Source: an uncultured bacterium
GTDB lineage: Bacteria; Desulfobacterota_D; UBA1144; Nemesobacterales; UBA2774
Reading direction: 5' to 3'
Assembly: GCA_963825135.1 (NCBI GenBank)
Contig: CAWGRW010000009.1
Coordinates: forward strand, 1,481,410 to 1,545,409
DNA: 64,000 bases
A program made the position numbers and the translations under genes. The notes beneath the pieces were generated by a model. It was given only the letters and a program-made list of their open reading frames with translations, made no database searches and was not told the origin of the DNA. Each line of letters starts with the position of its first letter. Positions within the stretch are counted from its first letter, which is position 1. Of the stretch, positions 9,032 through 18,084 are shown one piece after another.

Positions 9032-9433
9032 CTGAAGATATGCGTCTTCGTTGCGGCGCTGTCCGCGCTTTCATTCCCATTTGATTCTCCCGGCCGGGCG
9101 GAGCAGACGCCCGCCCCGAAAGAGAGCCCGGTACTCGAGGTTCAAATAAAGGACGTAGTCTCTAATCCGGGGGAATTCAACGGTAAAAAGGTTTCCCTGG
9201 AAGGCAAGGTCGCGAAGGTGGACTACAGGAAATCGAGCAAAGGGGAGCCCTTCACCGTATTCAGATTGAAGGATTCCGAGAACAACGAGGTTGGAGTTTA
9301 TTTCGAGGATGAGCGCCTGCCGATCTCAAAGGGCGATAGAGTAAAGATCGTGGGCAGGTTCTGGAAGGAGAAGAGTTATTTCCTCTATAAGATAAAGAAC
9401 GTGATTAAAGCCAGGACCGTCGATATAATCTAG
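9032..9433 (+). CDS. Small OB-fold (BOF/tRNA_anti-like) protein, probably secreted. Start codon unresolved.
   Basis: The open frame from 8987 encodes a hydrophobic signal-like segment (ICVFVAALSALSFPF) then …GKKVSLEGKVAKVDYRKSSKGEPFTVFRLKD…VKIVGRFWKE. No in-frame ATG/GTG/TTG precedes the GTG at 9218, which is where the track ORF starts. An out-of-frame ATG sits at 9039. Confidence 0.35.
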   Translation: MKICVFVAALSALSFPFDSPGRAEQTPAPKESPVLEVQIKDVVSNPGEFNGKKVSLEGKVAKVDYRKSSKGEPFTVFRLKDSENNEVGVYFEDERLPISKGDRVKIVGRFWKEKSYFLYKIKNVIKARTVDII

Positions 9434-9540
9434 ATTCAGCCGTAAATGAGAATCCCGCTTCATGCGGGTTGTTCTACAATGACACCTGTCCGGTCAAATT
9501 CCGCTTTTAAATAGATGATTCGTCATATAATATCTTTTGC

Positions 9541-12500
9541 ATGACCCTCCTCAGGAACGGGTTAGCTAGAGTTCTTTTAATAATATCTCTCGTTGTTTGC
9601 ACTGTCCTCATTTTTCTCAACATATTCCTGGGCGGAAAAATAAGCCGGCTGGCGCCGGAATACCTCGACCGATTCTCAAGGCAGAGCGGTTTTACTCTCC
9701 GGGTTAATAAGGCGGGCCTCGATCCCCTTTTCAGGATCAGACTCGACGGGTTAAACGCCGCCGATCCGGCCGCCCCCGATAAACCGCTGGCCGAGATCGA
9801 AACCCTGACTATCGATCCGCGCATATTTTCCTCCCTCCTTTCCCGGAGCGTGAAAATCGGGGAAATAATAATAGACCGTCCCGTAGTAAGGTATGACGGC
9901 AAGAGCGCCGGCAGGATCATCGCCATGATAAGAGAGGGGGAGGGCGGCGGTAAAGGGTCACAGGTGGAGATCGGGAGAATAAGATTGAATGACGCCCGCG
10001 TCGAAGTCGGCCCCGGCTCCGCCTTTACTTCCGGGGCAATGGATATTCGAATCGCCGGGGAAAGGTCACGGAACGGATCGAGTATCGGGATCGTCGGCGA
10101 CGTTACAGTCTTCGGAAAGGGGATGAGCGTCGAGGGCTCCTTAGATTTAAAGCCAGGCGAAACGAGCGGGAAATTCAATATCGAGACGGATAAATTTCAG
10201 ATCGGCTCACTTCCGGGACCCTCTGAGGGGGCGGGGAATTTGAAAGGGGTACTCGAGCTCTCGTTCAGTGCGGCTGAAAACGTCCGGTCGCGGGGTGAAT
10301 TGACTGTTCGCTCGGACGATGAGGGGAGCGGGACCGGGCGCGCCGCGCTCGGGACGCTCAAGTACGGGCTTACGTATGACAAGGCGGAGGCCGCGGCTCA
10401 TGTGAGCGCTTTGAATTTCGACATGATGAACGTCTTGCATGGAAGTCTGAGCGGTGATGTAAAGAGTGTTACGGAAAACCCCGAATTCGATTTACACGGC
10501 TCCGCCCAGTCGAGCGATCTGAAGCTGCTGTCGAAGCTGGTTCCCGAGATAAAGGCTGATACAATCACCGGAAATTTACGGTCGGACAATTTAAGGGTGA
10601 GCGGTTCTATCGGGAAAAACAGCGTCGAGCTTACGGGAGGAGTTGCGCTCGACGGTATCGGCTTCGCCTACTCGGACGATAGTCTCAGTATTGCGGGATT
10701 AAACTGCGCTCTCGACGTTAAACAGGATATCGGCGGTGGATACGGTCTATCGTTCATATCACGGGGGCCGTGCTCCGTAGAAAAATTATCTCAGAAGGAT
10801 CTGGGCGAGGTAAACGGCATTTCGGCGGGAGTAGAGATTAAAGGGAGCGACCTCTGGAAGAGTAAGGAGCTCTTGTTCTCGGATCTGAACGGCATCTATA
10901 TGGACGGAGTTGTATCCGGCTCGTTCGGCCTGTCCGTAATTAACGGACGAAGCAAAATCGATGGGAGCCTCACGGGAGCGAACCTGAATCTGAAGAAGGT
11001 GCCCAAATCTTTAGTTCCTTTCGACCTGGAGGGCAGCGCCCGGTCCCTGTCCGCCGATATAGAAGGGAATCAGGGAGCCTACGAGGCGGGGGTCAGCTTC
11101 GCCGTAAGTGATTTGATAGTCAGGTCTAATACAGGAAGGGAGTTTAAGGTGTCGAAAGCCGGGTCTTCGGGTCCGCTCGATCTCGAGTACGTGGAGAAGG
11201 CGGCCGACGAGGGTAAAGAGGCCGAAAGGAAAATCAAAATAAACGGCAAAGGGCTCTCGTACGAGAGCCTCTCGTTCGGCGAATATTTTATCGAAGGGGG
11301 CAAGGTCGACGACCTCTCTTTCTCTCTCGATCCCGGCGGCGGCTGGGCCCTCAGTATGGCGTCACAGGGGAAGGGTTTTCAGGTGTCCGGCAGGGAAATA
11401 GGCCTCGAGCAGTTTAAAGAACATATAGAGATAGAAGACAGCGGAAGGAGAGGGTTCAGCGGCACGATCACCGGCACCGGAGGCAGATTCAAGAGTGTGA
11501 CGTTTCCGGAGCTGTCGGCCGAATACGTTTTCGGGGGGGACTTTCTCGATATACGGAAGCTGAGCACTAAAGTGAGCACGATAGGGGAGCTCAGGACAGA
11601 TGATTTGAGAGTCGAGTTCGGCGCCGGGAAGGGGGGCTACCCCTATACTATTAAACTCAATGACGGGGTATTCTCCGGATATGAGGATAAATTGAGGTCC
11701 GAAGGCATATCCGGAACCTTTGTCGTCAACGATCCGGAAACGAGTAAAACCGAATGGGAGGGAGCCGCGTCGGCGTTGAAAACCGATATATTCTCACAGG
11801 TCGTCGAGGGTCTTCATTTGACGGCTTCGCCTTCCCCCGACGGTATTCTTTTAAAAGACATCACCGGCAAGCTCCTGAACGGGGAGGTTAAAGGGAGGGC
11901 CGATATCGTTACCTCCGGTACCCCCGCCCGCATAATAACCGACATCGGTCTGAAAAATGCGTCCGTAAAGTCGGGCGATCTCGATATTGCGCTCGGTAGC
12001 GCGGATTTTGCTTTCTCGGGAACCGTTCCCGACGATTCCCTCCCGGAGGGTACGGGCAAACTGGAGTTCGATCGGCTGAATTTAAAGAAGCCGGTAATGG
12101 ACCTTGTTGACAGCGGTTCGGTAAACATTCGGACTTCGGGTGAAACATTATTCATCGAAGACGGGTTTATAAGAGATAAGGACAAGAGCGAGTTGAGATT
12201 CCTGGGAGAAATGGGAAATTCCCTTAGCGCGGACAGGAGGCTTGAGGTCGTTTTCCCCGACTTCGCCCTTGCAAGCGCAGTTAAATTCCTGTCGCCCCTG
12301 ATGCCGGTGACGATCAAGGAGGGACAGGTCTCGGGTACCGCGAGTTTTAATGTCGTGTTCAACAGGGTATTCGATGCGGGGAGCTCCTGGAGCGGCGGCC
12401 TCTCGTTCAAAGGCGCATCGTTTGCCGCTTATATAGGGGGAGCCGATCTTTCCTTGAGGGGAATAAACGGGTCCATAACAGTAAAAGACGAAGGGGAGGG

Positions 12501-13242
12501 CGGAAACGCCCTGGCGTCACTCGTCGGCAATGCGCTCACTCTCGATAAAGAGGTCTATAAGGAGTACCTGCGCTCGTTCAAGGAGCCGGCCCCGGATACT
12601 GGGGCCGATCATATTAAAATCGACGGGATTGAATACGGGATATTGAAATTCGAGAACGTCGAATGCTCGCTCGAAGCCGACAGGGGCAAGATCGGGATAA
12701 TAAAGCTCGCCGCCGGTTTCTTCGGCGGGAATCTCTACGCAAACGGGGTCCTTAACCTGGGCGGAGCCGAGAGTGTTTATAATTTCTCATTCCTCTTTAA
12801 CGATATCAGCCTCGACGCTATTTCGAAGCGGCTGTCGCCGTCCGAGGAATATATAACGGGGAGGTTAAACGGTCTCGTCTGGCTCACGGGGGAGGGAGGG
12901 GACCTGAACACCATAGACGGCCCCTTCGAGTTCTGGTCAATCAGCTCCGCGAAAGAACCCAGGTCCATCGGCAAGGCTCTTCTCGATAAGCTCGGAGCGA
13001 AAGAGAGACTCATCCTGGGCTCCTCGCGCAGCTATGATAACGGTGAGATTTCAGGTTATATTAATGACGGCGTAATAACGTTCAAAAAGTTTAATATTTC
13101 TAATTCGATTCTTGGAATTAGGAACCTGTCGATTCAGGCGGACCCGGTGAAGAATTCGATCTCCATCGCGCACCTTGCGTCCGTGATAAGGGAAATCGCG
13201 AGAAGGTCGCAGTCGGGCGGTCCGACGATAGAAACTCAATAA
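9541..13242 (+). CDS. AsmA-family large envelope protein (YdbH-like)
   Basis: 1233 aa; single N-terminal TM helix (VLLIISLVVCTVLIFLNIFLG) followed by a long repetitive beta-rich region, as in AsmA/TamB/YdbH proteins. Immediately followed by a DUF1318-like lipoprotein gene, as in ydbH-ynbE-ydbL. Confidence 0.65.
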   Translation: MTLLRNGLARVLLIISLVVCTVLIFLNIFLGGKISRLAPEYLDRFSRQSGFTLRVNKAGLDPLFRIRLDGLNAADPAAPDKPLAEIETLTIDPRIFSSLLSRSVKIGEIIIDRPVVRYDGKSAGRIIAMIREGEGGGKGSQVEIGRIRLNDARVEVGPGSAFTSGAMDIRIAGERSRNGSSIGIVGDVTVFGKGMSVEGSLDLKPGETSGKFNIETDKFQIGSLPGPSEGAGNLKGVLELSFSAAENVRSRGELTVRSDDEGSGTGRAALGTLKYGLTYDKAEAAAHVSALNFDMMNVLHGSLSGDVKSVTENPEFDLHGSAQSSDLKLLSKLVPEIKADTITGNLRSDNLRVSGSIGKNSVELTGGVALDGIGFAYSDDSLSIAGLNCALDVKQDIGGGYGLSFISRGPCSVEKLSQKDLGEVNGISAGVEIKGSDLWKSKELLFSDLNGIYMDGVVSGSFGLSVINGRSKIDGSLTGANLNLKKVPKSLVPFDLEGSARSLSADIEGNQGAYEAGVSFAVSDLIVRSNTGREFKVSKAGSSGPLDLEYVEKAADEGKEAERKIKINGKGLSYESLSFGEYFIEGGKVDDLSFSLDPGGGWALSMASQGKGFQVSGREIGLEQFKEHIEIEDSGRRGFSGTITGTGGRFKSVTFPELSAEYVFGGDFLDIRKLSTKVSTIGELRTDDLRVEFGAGKGGYPYTIKLNDGVFSGYEDKLRSEGISGTFVVNDPETSKTEWEGAASALKTDIFSQVVEGLHLTASPSPDGILLKDITGKLLNGEVKGRADIVTSGTPARIITDIGLKNASVKSGDLDIALGSADFAFSGTVPDDSLPEGTGKLEFDRLNLKKPVMDLVDSGSVNIRTSGETLFIEDGFIRDKDKSELRFLGEMGNSLSADRRLEVVFPDFALASAVKFLSPLMPVTIKEGQVSGTASFNVVFNRVFDAGSSWSGGLSFKGASFAAYIGGADLSLRGINGSITVKDEGEGGNALASLVGNALTLDKEVYKEYLRSFKEPAPDTGADHIKIDGIEYGILKFENVECSLEADRGKIGIIKLAAGFFGGNLYANGVLNLGGAESVYNFSFLFNDISLDAISKRLSPSEEYITGRLNGLVWLTGEGGDLNTIDGPFEFWSISSAKEPRSIGKALLDKLGAKERLILGSSRSYDNGEISGYINDGVITFKKFNISNSILGIRNLSIQADPVKNSISIAHLASVIREIARRSQSGGPTIETQ

Positions 13243-13255
13243 ACGAGGTGAAATA

Positions 13256-13933
13256 ATGGATAGGCGTATATCGAGGGTCCTGCAGTCTTCTCTTTTCATT
13301 CTAACGCTCTATTCCTTGTCCTGCGCGACTATTACCGTCAACGTGTATTTTCCGGCGGAAGAGGTCAGGGAGGCTTATTCGAACCTGGAGGACGAGTTCC
13401 TCGATCAGGGCTCAAAGGGTAACGCCGGTTCCGAGAAAAAACAGCCGGTCGAAAACAAACCCGCGCCCTCGCCCTCACCGTCCCCTCAGAGTATGAGAAA
13501 GTATCAGGACAAGCCGGCTCTCTCGTCGGAGAGGAAATATCTCGTAATCAAAAAAGAGATATCACTCGATTTCAGCGACTATGCCTGGGCTCAGGGCAAT
13601 ATAGCCCAACAAATCACCCAGAAGATACGCAGCATGCCGGATGTTATCCAGGCTTATAAGCGGAGGTCCCAGCGCCTGGGCGAAATAAATCAGATGCTCT
13701 CTCAGGGTCTCGTCGTGGAAGGCAACCAGGGGCTGCTCATTCAGAAAGGCAGTCTAGCCCCGGGGCAGACACAGGCCCTCAACGCGGAGAACGCCGACCG
13801 TCAGGTGATTATCAGGGGGATGGCGAAGGCGATAGTGGAGATTAATAACATAGACCCCACGCCTGAAAATATAGATAAGGTGCTCCCTGAGGCAGCAAGG
13901 CAGTTCGCGAGCGTGAGGCAGAGCGAGAGGTAG
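13256..13933 (+). CDS. Lipoprotein with a C-terminal DUF1318 (YdbL-like) domain
   Basis: Lipobox LYSLS|C, a Pro/Ser-rich linker (PAPSPSPSPQ), and a C-terminal …QGLVVEGNQGLLIQKG…NAENADRQVIIRGMAKAIVEIN… resembling the YdbL/DUF1318 motif (GxVGE…GYL…N..R..IY..IA). Confidence 0.5.
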   Translation: MDRRISRVLQSSLFILTLYSLSCATITVNVYFPAEEVREAYSNLEDEFLDQGSKGNAGSEKKQPVENKPAPSPSPSPQSMRKYQDKPALSSERKYLVIKKEISLDFSDYAWAQGNIAQQITQKIRSMPDVIQAYKRRSQRLGEINQMLSQGLVVEGNQGLLIQKGSLAPGQTQALNAENADRQVIIRGMAKAIVEINNIDPTPENIDKVLPEAARQFASVRQSER

Positions 13934-14163
13934 GGGGCTGCGGCGCTTCATGCCGATAGCCTGAGATTGAGTTCCGGCTTACGGAGGGGGCTTCCCGCAT
14001 CGGCCTTCCCGTGAGGGATTGCCCCCAAGGGGATGGGCTTGGAGTCCCTGCCGGACCGCCCGTCGTCGAATATTTCACATCTTGAAGTTGTTCCGTATTT
14101 GTTGTCTAATAAGAAGCGTAAGGTTGCCCATTCCGTATAGAATCATCACCTGGAGGATGAGAT

Positions 14164-15417
14164 ATGCGCCCGAGAATAGTTCTCCTGGCCGTCATAGCAG
14201 TGTTAACCGCCTTTGCTCCTCTTACGTCGGACGCAAAGAAGTTGTTTGTCGCCAATATAAAAGTCGATGACGAGGTGGAATTCGAGGGCACGGACAGTCT
14301 TTTCAAGGTCGTCGATTTTTTTGACAACAAATCGCTCAAGGAATTCTTCCCGGATTACACGTCGAATTCCGCCGTATTGGCGAGGGTCGATCTGAGGGGG
14401 ATCGATCTCGAAGTAGAGTATCATCAGAATTCGTCGGTCCTTATCGTCAGGATACCTTCAAAAAATTTCGAAGTCAGATTCGAGGGGGCAAACCGCAACC
14501 AGAGCCAGGAGCAGTTCGAGGACTGGCTCAAAGGCGATTTCGAATCCCTTACGGCTCCGAGCGGGAAGCTTACGACGCTCCTCCACATAGTTGTGGCGAA
14601 CTCCCCTGTCGAGCCCGTCGCGGGGAACCCGAACAGTCTTCTGACCAGGATGTTCCTGTCCGATTTCAACGCGGGCATAACAGGGCCCTTTATCAGCTCC
14701 GGAAAACGCGTGGAGGGGAATCAGAACTTCCTCACGCTCGGCGGAGAGTTCGGATTCTTCAACGCGGGCCCTTACGACGGCCAGGTGCTGAATTTCCCGA
14801 TAAATTACAAGTGGAATTTCAAAGGGTGGCCGAAGCTCTCGTGGATATTCGACCTCCCCGTAACGCTTACGAGGGACGAGACGGGGTGGGCTTACATGGC
14901 TTCCTTCGGCACGGGCTTCCAGTTCAGGCCTTACAAATGGTGGAGCATCACCCCGATGGGTCGTATAGGCGGGGTCGGTTCTTTCGACGTGGGGGCGCTG
15001 GCGGTTCTGGTTTCGGGGAGTCTTACGAATTATTTCCAGGGCAGTATCGGCTCCACGAACCTCGGCTTCGGGACGATGACGGGCATATCGACTACGATAG
15101 ACGGGATCAAGGTGGGGGGTTACGACCTCAGCTACGAGCTTACGAATTACGTGCTCCGTAACGGCGGCAACCTGACTCAGAAGCTCAATTTTAATTTCCT
15201 CGGGAACCCCGCGGCGTTCAAGCTCTTCCTTAACCACACGAAATTCTGGGGCAACGAGCTCTACCTGAATTCCTTTTTCGATATGGGGCTCGCATTCGTA
15301 ACGATAAAGAAGGTCGCGGATTCCTTCGTGGAGGCGCTCGACCTTTCGTTCACGTTCTCCGCGGGCGTCGATAACGACTACAACAATTACAGCATTCAAT
15401 TGACTTACCGTTTCTGA
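14164..15417 (+). CDS. Outer-membrane beta-barrel protein (hypothetical)
   Basis: Signal peptide MRPRIVLLAVIAVLTAFAPLTSDA. Alternating-hydrophobic beta-strand pattern in the C-terminal 250 aa. Terminal …QLTYRF (aromatic-x-Phe OMP signature). Confidence 0.55.
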   Translation: MRPRIVLLAVIAVLTAFAPLTSDAKKLFVANIKVDDEVEFEGTDSLFKVVDFFDNKSLKEFFPDYTSNSAVLARVDLRGIDLEVEYHQNSSVLIVRIPSKNFEVRFEGANRNQSQEQFEDWLKGDFESLTAPSGKLTTLLHIVVANSPVEPVAGNPNSLLTRMFLSDFNAGITGPFISSGKRVEGNQNFLTLGGEFGFFNAGPYDGQVLNFPINYKWNFKGWPKLSWIFDLPVTLTRDETGWAYMASFGTGFQFRPYKWWSITPMGRIGGVGSFDVGALAVLVSGSLTNYFQGSIGSTNLGFGTMTGISTTIDGIKVGGYDLSYELTNYVLRNGGNLTQKLNFNFLGNPAAFKLFLNHTKFWGNELYLNSFFDMGLAFVTIKKVADSFVEALDLSFTFSAGVDNDYNNYSIQLTYRF

Positions 15418-15418
15418 C

Positions 15419-15471
15419 CCGCACGCACACGTAGTGCGGCACACAATGTGTGCACACACAATGTGTGTTTT
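15419..15471 (+). terminator. Structured region / putative terminator after the OMP gene
   Basis: GC hairpin CCGCAC-n9-GTGCGG, then tandem CACACAATGTGTG units (self-complementary CACACA/TGTGTG) ending in a TTTT run. Confidence 0.35.
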
Positions 15472-15581
15472 ATGATTCCATCCAACTCTTCTGCTTCCGC
15501 CGCTTCCCCTATCGGTTCTCTCCAAAATCCTCTATTATTTGGTTATGATATATCCCGATCATACCGTCGGAGGTCGTTAGA

Positions 15582-16265
15582 ATGTCTGGGACCGTCAGAC
15601 CGGGCTTCCTAGCCCTGATATTCAGCTCGACTCAATACAAGATGTTCAATTTCATGGTCTCGATTCTGCTCCTGCTGATCCTCTCGGCGGTGCTCGAAGG
15701 CACCGAATACGGATATATCGTAATTAATACGATGAGCAGTATCGTTTTCTTTCTCGGGGTCTATGCCGTGGGCAGGAGCAGGCGCGCTCTCGTCACCTTG
15801 ATTTTACTGGGGCTGCCGTGGTTTTTCTCCGAGTGGGCCTTCACGAAATCGAGCAGGACCATATTCACGAGTATGCTCTTTTTCATTTTCGTGACCGCCA
15901 CTATATTCGAGCATATCTTGAAAGCGGAGGAGGTGACGACCGATACGTTGTACGGCGCCGTCTGTGTTTATCTCCTCCTCGGGATAATGTGGGCCTCTAT
16001 TTACGGTTTCCTCGAATATATTACGCCCGGGGCGGTCTTCAGGGGGTCTGACGTGGGTGCCAATACGAAGCTCAGCACGAACGAGCTCATATATTACAGC
16101 TATTCCACGCTCGCGACCATAGGCTACGGGGATATCACATCCGTGACGCCGGTCGGGAGGATTTTATCGGTGCTCGAGGCCGTATTCGGCCAGCTCTATA
16201 TCGCGTTCCTCGTCGCGAGACTGATAAGCATATATACAATGGACGCGCTCAGGAGAAAAGACTGA
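15582..16265 (+). CDS. Small two-TM-type potassium channel (Ion_trans_2-like)
   Basis: K+ selectivity filter TIGYGD flanked by pore helix and TM helices. 227 aa; the start may be the internal M at about 15642. Confidence 0.7.
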   Translation: MSGTVRPGFLALIFSSTQYKMFNFMVSILLLLILSAVLEGTEYGYIVINTMSSIVFFLGVYAVGRSRRALVTLILLGLPWFFSEWAFTKSSRTIFTSMLFFIFVTATIFEHILKAEEVTTDTLYGAVCVYLLLGIMWASIYGFLEYITPGAVFRGSDVGANTKLSTNELIYYSYSTLATIGYGDITSVTPVGRILSVLEAVFGQLYIAFLVARLISIYTMDALRRKD

Positions 16266-16271
16266 TAGGTC

Positions 16272-16874
16272 TTAGTTCGGAATAGTCAGGTTGCTTATAA
16301 ATTTAACGCCTATGACAACGGCGCCCATCCTGATCCACCACCCCAGAAACACTATCGGGATGAAGAGCGCCGCCGGGTAACGCATCATCCCGCATGCGGC
16401 GTACATCGGGTGGACAGGTATCGGCGACATGGCGCCCCCGAATAACAGCAGGCTCACGATCTTGAGCGAACGGCCCTTCGTCCACCTGTGGTTTTGAACC
16501 TCCGGAAATTTTCTCCTCACGAACGGCGTATCCCCGAAGTACCTGCCGAGAAAGTACGATACTGACGAGCCCGTAACAGCCCCGAGCGCTATTAATGTTA
16601 TCAACCTCCCGGGCTCGTACCCCAAAATTGTCCCCAGCACCGCGTAGGCCGTAACGGGAAACGTGATGGGGGAGCTGCTGACGGCGGTAATCAAGTACAG
16701 CATGATGTCCGTGTTTCTTTGACCGTAGCTCGTGAGGAGACCCTCGCCAAAATCGAGCAGCCTTTCGCCGTAGAATAGCGAGACCGCGGAGCTTGCCAGC
16801 ACCATTCCGAATGTGACCAGCAGGGCCAGCTTTATCGAGTTAGGGACCGCCCGGAGCCTGACAGGGATCATCAC
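16272..16874 (-). CDS. DedA / VTT-domain (TVP38/TMEM64) family membrane protein
   Basis: 200 aa polytopic membrane protein with a YFLGRYFG motif, typical of DedA-family proteins. Confidence 0.65.
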   Translation of the reverse strand: MMIPVRLRAVPNSIKLALLVTFGMVLASSAVSLFYGERLLDFGEGLLTSYGQRNTDIMLYLITAVSSSPITFPVTAYAVLGTILGYEPGRLITLIALGAVTGSSVSYFLGRYFGDTPFVRRKFPEVQNHRWTKGRSLKIVSLLLFGGAMSPIPVHPMYAACGMMRYPAALFIPIVFLGWWIRMGAVVIGVKFISNLTIPN

Positions 16875-17021
16875 GTGTAATAAGAAAACATGGCCGTCTT
16901 TAATTTCGGTTAAGCGGCCGTGAATCTATGATGAAGCTCAAAATGCGTATAGCGGGTATTTTTTGACAATTTTCATCACAGGGAATTGATAAGGCCGTTA
17001 AATCAGGGTTCAATATTTCGG

Positions 17022-18041
17022 ATGAGCGAGCGTAAGATAGTAATAATCCCGGGGGACGGCATCGGTCCCGAGATCACGGCTGCTGTGATGAAGGTTATCG
17101 AGGCCTCCGGCGCGGAAATCACGTGGATCGAGCGCGTAGCCGGCCTCGCCGCCCTCGAGAAGGGCATGGACGTGCTTCCGGACGAGACTCTGGAGGCTAT
17201 AAAGGAACACAAGGTCGCATTGAAGGGTCCCTGCACTACCCCGATCGGCGAAGGTTTTACATCCGTAAACGTAAAGCTCAGAAAGACACTCGACCTTTAC
17301 GCCGCCGTGAGGCCCGTCAGGAACCTCCCGGGTGTTATAACGCGGTTCAGGAATGTGGATATAGTTATCATACGCGAGAATACCGAGGGACTTTACAGCG
17401 GGGTTGAGAACATCATTACGCCGGGAGTCGTGATGAGCATGAAAGTCGCGACTGAGAAGGCCTGCACCCGTATTTCGCACTGGGCTTTCGAATACGCGCT
17501 TCACCGTCACAGGAAAAAGATCACGGTCTTACACAAAGCCAACATCATGAAATTGACGGACGGGCTCTTTATCAGGAAATCGAAGGAAGCGAGCAGGGAA
17601 TACAGTGACATCCAATACGAGGAGATGATAATCGACGCGGGGTGCATGAAGCTCGTACAGGACCCGGCCCTTTTCGATATGCTGCTTCTCGAAAACCTCT
17701 ACGGGGACTTGATCAGCGACCTGTGCGCGGGACTGGTCGGCGGGTTAGGGGTAGTGCCCGGAGCTAACATAGGCGACAGGGAAGCCGTCTTCGAGGCCGT
17801 CCACGGCTCGGCTCCCGATATAGCCGGAAAAGGCGTCGCGAACCCGCTCGCGCTCCTCATGTCGGGGGTGATGATGCTCAACCACCTTGCGGATACGGAG
17901 GGGCGGGAGGACCTCCGCGCCTCAGCCGTGAAGATAAAAAACGCTTATGACAGCGCCCTCCAGGAGGGCGACCGGACACGCGACCTCGGCGGAAAGCTCG
18001 GCACCATGGAATTCGCCGACGCGCTGATCAGGAGAATGTAA
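17022..18041 (+). CDS. Isocitrate/isopropylmalate dehydrogenase family protein, NAD-IDH / homoisocitrate-DH-like
   Basis: IIPGDGIGPEI, …NVDIVIIRENTEGLYSG…, …NLYGDLISDLCAGLVGGLG… signature of the beta-decarboxylating dehydrogenase family. Start placed at MSERKIVII; the track ORF begins 12 codons earlier. Confidence 0.8.
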   Translation: MSERKIVIIPGDGIGPEITAAVMKVIEASGAEITWIERVAGLAALEKGMDVLPDETLEAIKEHKVALKGPCTTPIGEGFTSVNVKLRKTLDLYAAVRPVRNLPGVITRFRNVDIVIIRENTEGLYSGVENIITPGVVMSMKVATEKACTRISHWAFEYALHRHRKKITVLHKANIMKLTDGLFIRKSKEASREYSDIQYEEMIIDAGCMKLVQDPALFDMLLLENLYGDLISDLCAGLVGGLGVVPGANIGDREAVFEAVHGSAPDIAGKGVANPLALLMSGVMMLNHLADTEGREDLRASAVKIKNAYDSALQEGDRTRDLGGKLGTMEFADALIRRM

Positions 18042-18084
18042 TGCGGGTTAGAATGGTCCGCCTGAGATCTAATCCGGAATTTGC

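Noticed and set aside
13440-13490. PAPSPSPSPQ-encoding GC-rich tract as a repeat element
   Set aside because: This is a short low-complexity linker inside the lipoprotein ORF, between the lipid anchor and the DUF1318-like domain. It is not a dispersed repeat.
14458-15525. 355-aa minus-strand ORF fully overlapping the OMP gene; similarly 33640-34554 (+) inside cstA, 59325-60224 (+) inside the ydiJ-like gene and 41795-42439 (-) inside gyrB
   Set aside because: These are antisense ORFs typical of high-GC DNA. Their translations are Arg/Pro/Gly-rich and low-complexity without motifs, while the opposite-strand genes have clear family signatures.
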